Shown here piece after piece: positions 7,442 to 16,360 of a stretch of DNA of 24,065 nucleotides. A program made the position numbers and the translations under genes. The stretch lies in NCBI GenBank assembly GCA_003221005.1, contig QHTZ01000108.1, positions 1 through 24,065 on the forward strand, written 5' to 3'. A model generated the notes under the pieces. The model made no database searches. It had not been told where the DNA came from and saw only the letters and a program-made list of their open reading frames with translations. How positions within the stretch are numbered: the first letter of the stretch is position 1; every line of letters starts with the position of its first letter. This stretch comes from Gemmatimonadota bacterium (lineage in GTDB: Bacteria > Gemmatimonadota > Gemmatimonadetes > Gemmatimonadales > GWC2-71-9).

Positions 7442-8172
7442 CAACCCCCCCGGTCGCGGTGCAGGACGGCGCCGGTTTCGTCGTCGAGCTCGAGCAGTTC
7501 TCGGGTCCGCTCGATCTGCTGCTGCACCTGATTCACGAGGATGAGCTCGACATCACCGACCTCCCGGTCGCGAAGATCGCGGACCAGTTCCTGGCGGTGA
7601 TCAACGAGCTCGGGCTCAACCAGGCGGCGGACTACCTCGAGATGGCGGCCCGGCTGCTGCGGATCAAGGCGCAGCTGCTGTTGCCGCGGCGCGCGGAGGA
7701 CGATGAGTGGGAGGACCCGCGCGCCGAGCTCGTGCGGCGGCTGCTCGAATACCAGCAGATCCGAGAGCTGGTGGACTGGTTGGCGCGGGCGGCGGCGCGG
7801 CGCGCGGAGCAGTTCGGCCGCGGCTTCGCGCCCGAGCCGACGGCGCCGCCCGCCGAGCTCGTGATCGACCTCAACGACCTGCTCGCCGCAGCGGAACGTG
7901 TGATCGCCCTGATCCCGGAGCCCGTACTGCACCGCGTGGTGCCCCGTCCGCTGGACGTGGAGGGGGCGACCGCGAAGATCGAGGCGCTGCTCGCGCAGCG
8001 CGAGGAGCTGGCATGGCGCGACGTCGTGGGCGAGCGCGCCGAGACCGTGGAAGTCCTCTCCGTGTTCATCGCGCTGCTCGAGCTCGCCCGCCGTGGCGCG
8101 CTGCGTCTGCGGCAGCCCGAGCCGTTCTCCCCGATCGTGATCCGGCGTGAGCGCCCTCGCGAAGCTGCTTGA
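7438..8172 (+). CDS. scpA: Segregation and condensation protein A (kleisin)
   Basis: GTG 7438 overlaps the M50 stop. FSGPLDLLLHLI...LDITDLPVAKIADQF, DYLEMAARLLRIKAQLLLP, DPRAELVRRLLEY, F.ALLEL...QPEPFSPI. Confidence 0.93.
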   Translation: MTTPPVAVQDGAGFVVELEQFSGPLDLLLHLIHEDELDITDLPVAKIADQFLAVINELGLNQAADYLEMAARLLRIKAQLLLPRRAEDDEWEDPRAELVRRLLEYQQIRELVDWLARAAARRAEQFGRGFAPEPTAPPAELVIDLNDLLAAAERVIALIPEPVLHRVVPRPLDVEGATAKIEALLAQREELAWRDVVGERAETVEVLSVFIALLELARRGALRLRQPEPFSPIVIRRERPREAA

Positions 8173-8695
8173 AGCGGCGCTGTTCGCCGCGTCGCGCCCC
8201 CTGACGGCGCAAGAGCTCGCGACGCTCGAGCCGGGAGCGGGGGAGGCTGCGGTGCGCGCGGCGCTCGACGAGCTGCAGCGCCGCTACGCCGGGGAAGACC
8301 ACGGCGTAGAGCTGGTGCAGATTGCGCAGGGGTGGCAGTTCCTGACGCGGCGCGAGTACGCCGAGACGATCGAGCGCGCCCAGTTCGCGCTGCGCACGCG
8401 GCGGCTGTCGCCGGCGGCGCTCGAAACCCTGGCCATCGTCGCCTACCGCCAGCCGGTCGGCAGGCTCGAAGTGGAGGAGATCCGGGGCGTCGACTCGGGG
8501 GCGGTGCTCGACAAGCTGCTCGAGCGGGGGCTGGTGGAGATCGTGTCGCGCGGCGAGGGCCTCGGTCGGCCACTGCTCTACGGCACGACGCCGCAGTTTC
8601 TCGAGATCCTGGGGCTCCGCGACCTGGATGAGCTGCCGCGGCTGGACGAGCTGTCGGTCGCCCTCCGGCCCCCGGCGCCCGCCGAGCCCGAGTGA
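8147..8695 (+). CDS. scpB: Segregation and condensation protein B
   Basis: LEAALFA...[20 protein letters not shown]...[28 protein letters not shown]. Confidence 0.95.
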   Translation: MSALAKLLEAALFAASRPLTAQELATLEPGAGEAAVRAALDELQRRYAGEDHGVELVQIAQGWQFLTRREYAETIERAQFALRTRRLSPAALETLAIVAYRQPVGRLEVEEIRGVDSGAVLDKLLERGLVEIVSRGEGLGRPLLYGTTPQFLEILGLRDLDELPRLDELSVALRPPAPAEPE

Positions 8696-9432
8696 CCGTC
8701 ATGCGCCTGCAGCGCGCTCTGGCGCGCGCGGGCGTCACGTCGCGGCGCAAGGCGGAAGACCTGATCCGGGCCGGGCGCGTGCGCGTCGACGGCGCCGTGG
8801 CCACCCTGGGCAGCAGTGTGGACCCCGGCCAGCAGCGCGTGACCGTGGATGGACGGGCCGTGCGGCCCGCGCCTACCACTTGGCTCGCCCTCAACAAGCC
8901 GATCGGCTACGTAGTGAGCCGCGGCGACCCCGCGGGCCGCAAGACAATCTTCGACCTCCTCCCCAAGCTGCCCGGTCTCACGTACGTTGGACGGCTGGAC
9001 GTGATGACTTCCGGCTTGCTGCTCCTCACGACCGACGGGGCGGCGGCGCACCGGCTCACGCACCCGCGGTTCGCCGTGCCGCGTACGTACCGGCTCGGTG
9101 CCCACGGGCTGAACGCGCCGGCGGTGCACGCTGCGCTCGCGCGGCCCGTGGTGATCGAGGGGCGTCCCGTGCGCGTGACGCGCTTCCGCGTGCGGAGCAT
9201 ACCACGCGGGGTCGAGATCGAGCTCACGCTCGCCGAAGGGCGCCACCGCATCGTGCGTCGCCTGGCGGAGGCGTTGGGGCTCAAGGTCGAGTGGCTGCAT
9301 CGCGTCGCCTACGGGCCCGTCCAGCTCGGCCGGCTCCCCGAAGCCCGCTGCCGTGGCCTCACGCCCCGCGAGGTCCGGGCCATCGAGCGACTGCATGGCG
9401 ACGCAGGGCAGGGGGAACGGATCGAGCGTTGA
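8692..9432 (+). CDS. rluB: rRNA pseudouridine synthase, RsuA/RluB family with N-terminal S4 domain
   Basis: S4 motif [29 protein letters not shown]; LNKP.GYV; catalytic [15 protein letters not shown]; HPRF; EGR..IVRR. The scpA-scpB-rluB order is common. Alternative start ATG 8701. Confidence 0.85.
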   Translation: MTVMRLQRALARAGVTSRRKAEDLIRAGRVRVDGAVATLGSSVDPGQQRVTVDGRAVRPAPTTWLALNKPIGYVVSRGDPAGRKTIFDLLPKLPGLTYVGRLDVMTSGLLLLTTDGAAAHRLTHPRFAVPRTYRLGAHGLNAPAVHAALARPVVIEGRPVRVTRFRVRSIPRGVEIELTLAEGRHRIVRRLAEALGLKVEWLHRVAYGPVQLGRLPEARCRGLTPREVRAIERLHGDAGQGERIER

Positions 9433-9438
9433 CCGAGC

Positions 9439-10983
9439 ATGGCCACGGACACCGGCGGCATTGACCGCGCCCTTGGCGCCATCGGCACGACGTTCCGGCT
9501 GACGCGGCTGTATCCGCCCACCCATCCCGCGGTGGTGGAGGCGCTACGCCATGTCACGGCTGCGCTGCCGGCCCTCGCCGCCATCGGGACCCTGGAGTGG
9601 AAGATCGGCGCGACCGGACTGCATTGGCACGGGCAACACCTGCTCCCGCGCAACAGCCAGATGGCAGAGCTCGCGGGCTTGCTCTACGCCCGCGGGCTGC
9701 GGAGCATCCAGGTGCACCCGGGTCTCGCGGCGGAGCATGTGCTGGCGCTGTTCGGCGTGGCGACGGGAAGCGTGCAGCCCGACGATGCGGCGCTGGGGCA
9801 GATTACCCTGACGGTCGGGAGACGCACTCAGCGGCTTGCCACGCCGGCGCCGGTGGACCCGACGCCGGCCGCCGAGCTCTCGGCTCGCCTGTCCGCCCCG
9901 CCCGCCCCGCCCGCGCCGCTTGCCCTGTCCGCGGCGACGGTGGATGCGGTGGCGCGGCGCGCGAGCGGCGCGTTCCGCCCCGACGTCGTGCCGGTGGCCG
10001 TGCAGGTGAAGCGGGCCATCGCTGGTTTGAAAGCGGCCGAGACCCTGGATGCCCAGCGAGCGGCGGTGGAGCAGCTTCAGGCGATGACGCCGAGCCTGCT
10101 CGCGCTCAAGGACGTGGTCGCGGTCGCGGAAGCGATCGGCGGACTCGACCGGCTGCTTCTGACCGTTGCGGATCCGGCGCTCCTCACGGCGATTGGCGCC
10201 GCGGCCGAGGCGCTCGCCGACCGGGCCACCGTCGAGCGCATGGTGGGACGGCTCCGCGAGCCGCGGGTTCCCCCCGCGGAGCGGGAGGCACTGGTGGCCG
10301 CACTGGGTGCGCTCGCGGCGCTCTCCGTCGAGCCGGTGCTGCACGCCTACGTCGGGGCGCCGGTGGACCACCGGGAGCCGTACCGCGCGGTGATCCGGCG
10401 CGCGGGGGAGCGCGCCCTGGAAGTGCTCGAGGGCCGGCTCCGGGACGAGGACCGCGCCGTCGTCGCCGCGGCGGCTGAGCTGGTGGGGCTCACCGGGAGC
10501 CCGCAGGCCGTGGCGGCGCTGGTGCCGCTGCTGCGGGACGCATCCGAGTTCGTGCGGGAGGCTGCCATCACGGGACTCGGCGAGATCGGCGGGCGCGAGA
10601 TCAGTCGACCCGTGATGCCCGCGCTCAAGGACGAGAGCGTCGGCGTGCGTGCGGCCGCGGTGCGCGCCATCGCCGTCGGGGGCGACCCGGCGGCTACCAC
10701 GGTGCTGGTGCGCCGCGTGGAGCAGGAGGAGGACGAAGGGGTACTGGCAGAGCTGCTCCGGGCGATCGGGCGCCTCGGCGCCAAGGACGCGCTCGCCGTG
10801 CTGGCGCGCTACGCCGAGCCGGGCGGTATGCTCAAGCGTCGCAGCCCGAGCGTCCGCGCGGCGGCAATTGAAGGCCTCGCCCGGCTGACCGGTCCCGAGG
10901 CGCGGGGATTCCTCGAACTTTACACGCATGACAAGGAGCCGGCCGTGCGCAAAGCAGCCGTGACGGCGCTGGCGTCGCGATGA
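9439..10983 (+). CDS. HEAT-repeat protein with an N-terminal LYPxxHP-containing domain
   Basis: C-terminal PBS-lyase/HEAT-like units (L.D....V..AA...LG..G) repeat about six times. N-terminal RLYPPTHPAV domain, then a Pro/Ala-rich linker. Confidence 0.8.
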   Translation: MATDTGGIDRALGAIGTTFRLTRLYPPTHPAVVEALRHVTAALPALAAIGTLEWKIGATGLHWHGQHLLPRNSQMAELAGLLYARGLRSIQVHPGLAAEHVLALFGVATGSVQPDDAALGQITLTVGRRTQRLATPAPVDPTPAAELSARLSAPPAPPAPLALSAATVDAVARRASGAFRPDVVPVAVQVKRAIAGLKAAETLDAQRAAVEQLQAMTPSLLALKDVVAVAEAIGGLDRLLLTVADPALLTAIGAAAEALADRATVERMVGRLREPRVPPAEREALVAALGALAALSVEPVLHAYVGAPVDHREPYRAVIRRAGERALEVLEGRLRDEDRAVVAAAAELVGLTGSPQAVAALVPLLRDASEFVREAAITGLGEIGGREISRPVMPALKDESVGVRAAAVRAIAVGGDPAATTVLVRRVEQEEDEGVLAELLRAIGRLGAKDALAVLARYAEPGGMLKRRSPSVRAAAIEGLARLTGPEARGFLELYTHDKEPAVRKAAVTALASR

Positions 10984-11954
10984 CCACCCGGGCGAAAGAG
11001 ACCACCGACGCGGCGCTCGCCCAGACCATCAGGCGCGAGGTCGCGAAGCGCGTGGTGGGCCAGGAGCTGATGGTCGAGCGTCTGCTGATCGGCGTGCTGA
11101 CGGGGGGACACATCCTCCTCGAGGGCGTGCCCGGGCTCGCCAAGACGCTGGCGGTGCGCACCGTAGCAGAGTGCCTCCGCATCTCGTTCTCGCGGATCCA
11201 GTTCACGCCGGACCTGCTGCCCGCGGACGTCATCGGCACCATGGTCTACGATCAGCGCTCGCAGGAGTTCTATCCGAAGAAGGGCCCGCTGTTCGCGAAT
11301 CTCGTGCTCGCCGACGAGATCAACCGCGCGCCCGCGAAGGTGCAGTCGGCCTTGCTCGAGGCGATGCAGGAGAAGCAGGTCACGATCGGCGGCGAGACCT
11401 TCTACCTGGGCGAGCCGTTCCTCGTGCTCGCGACGCAGAACCCGATCGAACAGGAAGGCACCTACCCGCTCCCCGAAGCGCAGCTCGACCGGTTCATGCT
11501 GAAGGTGCGCATCGGCTACCCGTCGCGGGATGCGGAGAAGGAGATCGTGGCGCGGATGGCGAGCGGCCGGCCGATCGAGGTGCAGCGCGCGGCCGAGGCG
11601 GAGGACATCCTCGCGGCGCGGAGCGCCATCGCCGAGCTGTTCATGGACCAGAAGGTCGTGGACTACCTGGTCGATGTGGTGCGCGCCACGCGGGAACCGC
11701 AGGCGGTCGGGCTCCCCGAGCTCAAGTCCTTGATCGCGTTCGGGGCGTCGCCGCGGGCGTCCATCTACCTCGCGCAGGCCGCGCGGGCGCACGCGTACCT
11801 GCGCGGCCGCTCCTACGTCGTCCCCGAGGACGTGAAGGCGATCGCGTGCGACGTGCTGCGGCACCGCGTGCTGCTCACGTTCGAGGCGGAGGCCGAGGCG
11901 ATAGTCGCCGAGCGCATCGTCGTCAAGATCCTGGAGGCCGTAGGCGTGCCGTGA
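10980..11954 (+). CDS. moxR: MoxR family AAA+ ATPase (MoxR-proper type)
   Basis: Walker A EGVPGLAKT, RIQFTPDLLPAD, Walker B LADEINRAPAKVQSALLEAMQE, ATQNPIEQEGTYPLPEAQLDRF, GASPRAS, VLRHR. Confidence 0.95.
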   Translation: MTTRAKETTDAALAQTIRREVAKRVVGQELMVERLLIGVLTGGHILLEGVPGLAKTLAVRTVAECLRISFSRIQFTPDLLPADVIGTMVYDQRSQEFYPKKGPLFANLVLADEINRAPAKVQSALLEAMQEKQVTIGGETFYLGEPFLVLATQNPIEQEGTYPLPEAQLDRFMLKVRIGYPSRDAEKEIVARMASGRPIEVQRAAEAEDILAARSAIAELFMDQKVVDYLVDVVRATREPQAVGLPELKSLIAFGASPRASIYLAQAARAHAYLRGRSYVVPEDVKAIACDVLRHRVLLTFEAEAEAIVAERIVVKILEAVGVP

Positions 11955-12892
11955 CGTACGACGGACAGGAGCGTCGGCACACTCCCAAATCTCCGGTCGA
12001 GCCGCACCGGCGCACGGTCACCCCCGAGATCCTCAAGCAGGTAAAGGGGATCGAGCTCCGCACCCGCGCTCTCGTCAACACCCTCTTCACCGGCGAATAC
12101 CGCTCAGTCTTCCGCGGGCAAGGCATCGAGTTCGCGGAGGTGCGGGCCTACCAACAGGGCGACGATTTCCGCGCGATCGACTGGAACGTGTCGGCCCGGA
12201 TGGGCCACCCCTTCGTGAAGACCTTCGTCGAGGAGCGCGAGATCACCCTGCTGCTGGTGGTGGACCAGTCGGGGTCACTCCAGTTCGGACGTCCTCATAC
12301 GAAGGCGGGTCTCGCGGTCGAAGTGGCGGCCGTGCTGGCCCTCGCCGCTGCCCGGCACAACGATCGCGTCGGTGCCCTCATGTTCGCCGACAAGGTCGAG
12401 TTAGTGGTGCGCCCCGCCAAGGGCCGGCCCCACGCGCTGCGCGTCATCCGCGACCTGGTCGCGTTCCGTCCGCGCGGTCGGGGGACGAACCTCGCGGAGG
12501 CGCTGCGGTTCGTGGCTCGGCTGCTGCGCCACCGCTCGATCGTCGCCGTGCTCTCGGACTTCCGCGCCGAGGGGTGGGAGGATCCGCTGGGCCGGCTGGC
12601 CGCCGCACACGACGTCGTCGCCATCACGACCGATGACCCGCGCGAGCTCGACCTGCCCGACGCGGGCTGGGTGGACCTCCAGGACGCGGAAACGGGTCGG
12701 CGCGTGCTGCTCGACTCGAGTCACGGGCCGTCCCGGACCAGATTTCGGGTAGCGGCCGAGCGACAGCTGCAGGAGCGCTCCCGCAAGCTCATCCAGGCGG
12801 GCGTGGACCGTGTCGAGCTGCACACCCAGGTGCCGTACAGCGTCGCGCTGCGGCGGGCGTTCGCGGAGCGGGCGCGGAGGCTCAAGAGATGA
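11951..12892 (+). CDS. DUF58 domain (vWA-like) protein, MoxR partner
   Basis: GTG 11951 overlaps the moxR stop. GEYRSVFRGQGIEFAEVRAYQ.GDD.R.IDWNVSAR, VK.F.EERE, VDQSGS, GTNL, LSDF. Confidence 0.93.
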   Translation: MTYDGQERRHTPKSPVEPHRRTVTPEILKQVKGIELRTRALVNTLFTGEYRSVFRGQGIEFAEVRAYQQGDDFRAIDWNVSARMGHPFVKTFVEEREITLLLVVDQSGSLQFGRPHTKAGLAVEVAAVLALAAARHNDRVGALMFADKVELVVRPAKGRPHALRVIRDLVAFRPRGRGTNLAEALRFVARLLRHRSIVAVLSDFRAEGWEDPLGRLAAAHDVVAITTDDPRELDLPDAGWVDLQDAETGRRVLLDSSHGPSRTRFRVAAERQLQERSRKLIQAGVDRVELHTQVPYSVALRRAFAERARRLKR

Positions 12893-13707
12893 GCGTGGCG
12901 CTGCTGGCCGTCGTGCTGGCAGTGCAGGGCCCGTGGGTGGCGTCGCCCGCTCGTCCCACCGTCGGCGACACCGTGTGGCTCTCGCGGCAGGTCACGGCGC
13001 CGCCGGGGTGGCGCGTGCGCGCCGGGAAACTCGACGCCGGCGAGGAGATCGAGCCGCTGAGCAATCCGGCGGTGCTGCGCGCCGTCGGAGGCTGGGTGGT
13101 TCGCTACGCCGTCGTCGCCTGGTCCCCCGGTGCCCATGAGGTCGCGCTGCCGCCCCTGTGGCGGCTCGCCCCGGACGGACGCACGGACTCCCTCCCGGGC
13201 GGCGTCGCGCGGATCGAGGTGCGCGCGGTGATCCCCGACAGCGTGGCGCATCCGGAGCCGCAAGCCGCCTTCGCGCCGATCCGCACCGCCCGGCGCAATC
13301 CGCTCGTCCCGATCGCGGGGACACTCGCGGCGCTGGGGCTGGGTGCCGCGGGACTCGCCTGGCGCCGGCGGCCGCAACGCGCGGTCCCCGCTGACTCTCA
13401 CGTTCCACTGGAACGTGAGGTCCCAGACACGCGCTGGCTCGCCGGCGGGGAACCGAAGGCGGTCGCTGCGCGCGCCACCGCCCGCCTGCGGGCGGCGATC
13501 GCGCGCGCCGAGCCCAAGGCCCCCACCGCGCTGAGCACGGCCGAATGTCTCGCGGTTCTGGAGTCGCGCATGGCGCGCGTGCCGCTGGGCCAGCTGGCGG
13601 AAGTGCTGCAGCAGTTGGACCGGGTCGCGTTCGCCTCGGCCCACGGCAGCGACATCGCGGCGCTGGCGGAGCGGGCCCGGGCGTTGGCGCGGGAGCTCAC
13701 GCGGTGA
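12889..13707 (+). CDS. Bat-locus single-pass membrane protein (BatD-like extracytoplasmic domain plus helical tail)
   Basis: Short signal; TVGDTVWL resembles TVGDALVL in the downstream BatD; TM LVPIAGTLAALGLGAAGLAW-RRR; C-terminal ALSTAE...LDRVAFA. Sits between DUF58 and batA, as in Bat operons. Confidence 0.7.
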   Translation: MSVALLAVVLAVQGPWVASPARPTVGDTVWLSRQVTAPPGWRVRAGKLDAGEEIEPLSNPAVLRAVGGWVVRYAVVAWSPGAHEVALPPLWRLAPDGRTDSLPGGVARIEVRAVIPDSVAHPEPQAAFAPIRTARRNPLVPIAGTLAALGLGAAGLAWRRRPQRAVPADSHVPLEREVPDTRWLAGGEPKAVAARATARLRAAIARAEPKAPTALSTAECLAVLESRMARVPLGQLAEVLQQLDRVAFASAHGSDIAALAERARALARELTR

Positions 13708-14684
13708 GCTTCGCCCGGCCGCTGCTGCTGGTGACCCTGGCTGCGCTGCCGCTCTGGTGGTGGTTGCGGGCGCGGCGTCTGGCGCGGCTGTCCGGGACGT
13801 CCATGAGCGACGTCCGCCCCGCGGCAGGGGCGGCAGAGCGGCTGTGGATCGCGCGACTTCCCGTGACCCTACGCAGCGCCTGCATCGCGGCGTGGATCGT
13901 CGCCGCGGCGGGACCGCGCGTCGGGGGAGCCCGGGCCGAGGTCCGCTCCGAAGGCATCTCGATCGTGCTGTGCGTTGACGTGTCGAGCAGCATGCTGTCC
14001 GAGGACTTCGCGCCTTCGAACCGCATCGACGTTGCGAAGCAGACCGCAATCGACTTCGTCCGGGCGCGGTCGTCGGACCGGATCGGACTCGTCGCCTTCG
14101 CCGGGCAGGCGCTCACTCAGGTGCCGATCACCACGGATTACCCGGTGCTGGAACAGGCGCTCCACGGCCTCCGCATCGGCATTCTCGAAGACGGCACGGC
14201 GATCGGCACCGCGATCGCGACGGCCGCGAACCGCTTGCGACGGACAGCGGGGAAGACCAAGGTGATCATCCTCCTGACCGACGGCGTGAACAATCGCGGA
14301 ACGGTGAACCCGCGCACCGCCGCGCAGGCCGCCGCGACCTTCGGGATTCGCATCTACACGATCGGAGTGGGCACGCAGGGCGAGGCGCCCGTGCCGACGG
14401 GCGAGGGGCCGGAGGGGCTGCGCTATCAGTCGCTCCCAGTCGAAATCGACGAACGGCTGTTGACCGACGTCGCGGCCATGACCGGCGGGCGCTACTTCCG
14501 GGCCACGGATACGGAATCGCTCAAGAGCATCTTCGCCGAGATCAACCGCCTCGAGAAGTCGACCGTGCAGCGCGTCGTGTACCGCCGGTTCGATGAAGCG
14601 TACCGGTGGCCCCTGGCCCTCGGCCTCCTCGGTCTGGCGCTCGAGATCGTGCTCTCGGCGACGTTCGCGGTGCGCGTGCCGTGA
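13704..14684 (+). CDS. batA: vWA domain protein, BatA-like
   Basis: N-terminal F..P..L TM pair and AGPR; MIDAS DVSSSM...GTAIG...LLTDG; DRIGLVAF, P.TTD, IYTIGVG, IDE.LL..VA.MTGGRYFRATD; C-terminal TM. Confidence 0.88.
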   Translation: MSFARPLLLVTLAALPLWWWLRARRLARLSGTSMSDVRPAAGAAERLWIARLPVTLRSACIAAWIVAAAGPRVGGARAEVRSEGISIVLCVDVSSSMLSEDFAPSNRIDVAKQTAIDFVRARSSDRIGLVAFAGQALTQVPITTDYPVLEQALHGLRIGILEDGTAIGTAIATAANRLRRTAGKTKVIILLTDGVNNRGTVNPRTAAQAAATFGIRIYTIGVGTQGEAPVPTGEGPEGLRYQSLPVEIDERLLTDVAAMTGGRYFRATDTESLKSIFAEINRLEKSTVQRVVYRRFDEAYRWPLALGLLGLALEIVLSATFAVRVP

Positions 14685-16360
14685 TCACGTTCGACGCCCC
14701 CTTCGTGCTCGCGCTCGCGCCTTTGGTGGGCGGCGCCGTGTGGTTCGGAGCGGCGTGGGCCCGGCGGGTGCGCATCCGGCGGGCCGCCCTCTGGTCGGAC
14801 GCCACGGCGACGTTGGCGCGCAACGCCGGCCGGGGCGGTCCCACCGTCCTCTCGCTCGCGGCGTTCCTGGGGACGATCGCCCTTGCCGGGCCCCGCTGGG
14901 GCCAGGAGACCGTTGTGGCGGAGACACGCGGGCTCGACTTGTTGATCGCGGTGGACGTCTCGCGCTCGATGCTGGCCGAGGACACGCACCCCAGCCGCCT
15001 GGGGCGCGCTTTGCGCGAGGCACGGCGTCTCGTGCAGGACCTGGAGGGCGACCGCATCGGCCTGGTGGCCTTCGCGGGATCGAGCTACATCCTGTCGCCG
15101 CTGTCGGTCGACGGGTCGGCGCTGCTCCTGTATCTGGACGCCCTCGATCCTGAGATTGCCTCGGAGGGGGGCACCTCGCTCGCTCCGGCGCTGAAGCAGG
15201 GTGGGGAGCTGCTGCGGGCGGGGACGAGCCTCGCCGACAGGGTGCTCGTCGTCTTCACGGACGGTGAGGCGCACGATTCGCTGCCCGCCGCCCTGGCGCA
15301 GGCACGGCGTCTCAACGCGGGCGGCGTGCACTTGATCCTCGTTGCGGAGGGGGGGCGGGCCCCGGCACGCATCCCCGTGCGGGACGAACATGGCGCCGTC
15401 CAGGCTTATCAGAAAGACGCGGACGGAGCCGTCATCGAAACGTTACGCCGTGACGATATCCTCGCGGCGGTCGCGGATGCGGCGCAGGGCGCGCAGGTCG
15501 CCGCCGACCTCCCGGACCAGGCGGGCGCGGTCCGCGACCTCGTCGCCTCCTACAAGCGGGCGCGCGCGAGTGAAGCCCACACCGAGCGGGGCCGGCCCCG
15601 CGCCTGGGTAGCGCTCTTGCTCGGCGTGGCGATGCTCGTGGGACAAGCGGCGTCGCGCCGGACCGCCGCGCTGCTGAGCTTGGCCCTGCTCGCGGGCGCC
15701 CTCCCTAGCCGCGCGCAAGACTCGACGCGGCCGCGCAGCGCTGCCGAGCGCGCGTGGGACCGGGGGCAGCTTGAGGGCGCGCGCACCGCGTACCTCGAAG
15801 ACCTCGCTTCCGATCGGCTGGACGACACGGCGTTGTACAGCGCTGGCACCGCCGCGCTCGCCGCCCGCGATCGCGAGAACGCCCGCGCCACGCTCTCGCG
15901 GGCGGCGGCGTCGCTCGACCCCGAGCTCCGGTTCCGCGCGCTCTACAACCTCGGTCTGGTCGGCCTGCGCGAAGCCGATGCCGACAGCGCGCATCGCGAG
16001 GCCCATCTCGCCGACGCGGAGCGCGCCTACCGGGAAGCGCTGCTGCTGCGGCCGCATAACCCGGCGGCGAAATGGAATCTCGAGCTGGCCGTCCGGCGTC
16101 GCCGCGGCGGCAGTGGCGGCGGGAGCAGCAACAGTCCGTCGGGCGGCGGCGGGGGGGGCGGGGGCGGCGGGGGACCGTCGGGCAGTGGGGCTGGGGGAGG
16201 GGCGTCCACCGCGGAGGAACCGCAGAGCGGCGGCGGAGGCCTCACGCAGGCCCAGGCAGATCAGATTCTCGCCTCGATCGGTCAGGAGGAGCTGCGCACG
16301 CGCCGCGCGCGCACGGGTCACGCTCGCGCGGCGGGAGAGTCGGGGGTGAAGGACTGGTGA
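14681..16360 (+). CDS. vWA + TPR protein, BatB-BatC fusion
   Basis: LAGPRWG, MIDAS DVSRSMLAED..PSRL, DRIGLVAFAG, FTDGE; TM; TPR-like ALYNLG...YREALLLRP...AKWNLELA; low-complexity linker; C-terminal KDW typical of BatC. Confidence 0.85.
   Translation: MITFDAPFVLALAPLVGGAVWFGAAWARRVRIRRAALWSDATATLARNAGRGGPTVLSLAAFLGTIALAGPRWGQETVVAETRGLDLLIAVDVSRSMLAEDTHPSRLGRALREARRLVQDLEGDRIGLVAFAGSSYILSPLSVDGSALLLYLDALDPEIASEGGTSLAPALKQGGELLRAGTSLADRVLVVFTDGEAHDSLPAALAQARRLNAGGVHLILVAEGGRAPARIPVRDEHGAVQAYQKDADGAVIETLRRDDILAAVADAAQGAQVAADLPDQAGAVRDLVASYKRARASEAHTERGRPRAWVALLLGVAMLVGQAASRRTAALLSLALLAGALPSRAQDSTRPRSAAERAWDRGQLEGARTAYLEDLASDRLDDTALYSAGTAALAARDRENARATLSRAAASLDPELRFRALYNLGLVGLREADADSAHREAHLADAERAYREALLLRPHNPAAKWNLELAVRRRRGGSGGGSSNSPSGGGGGGGGGGGPSGSGAGGGASTAEEPQSGGGGLTQAQADQILASIGQEELRTRRARTGHARAAGESGVKDW
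16105..16240 (+). repeat. Gly/Ser-coding G-rich low-complexity tract with a G8 homopolymer
   Basis: Encodes GGSGGGSSNSPSGGGGGGGGGGGPSGSGAGGG...GGGG. G8 at 16151-16158. Confidence 0.8.

Noticed and set aside
7438-8695. scpA/scpB without smc as a possible Wadjet/MksBEF-type defence system
   Set aside because: The sequences are canonical ScpA/ScpB in the usual scpA-scpB-rluB context. smc is often unlinked, and no JetC or JetD-like gene is present.
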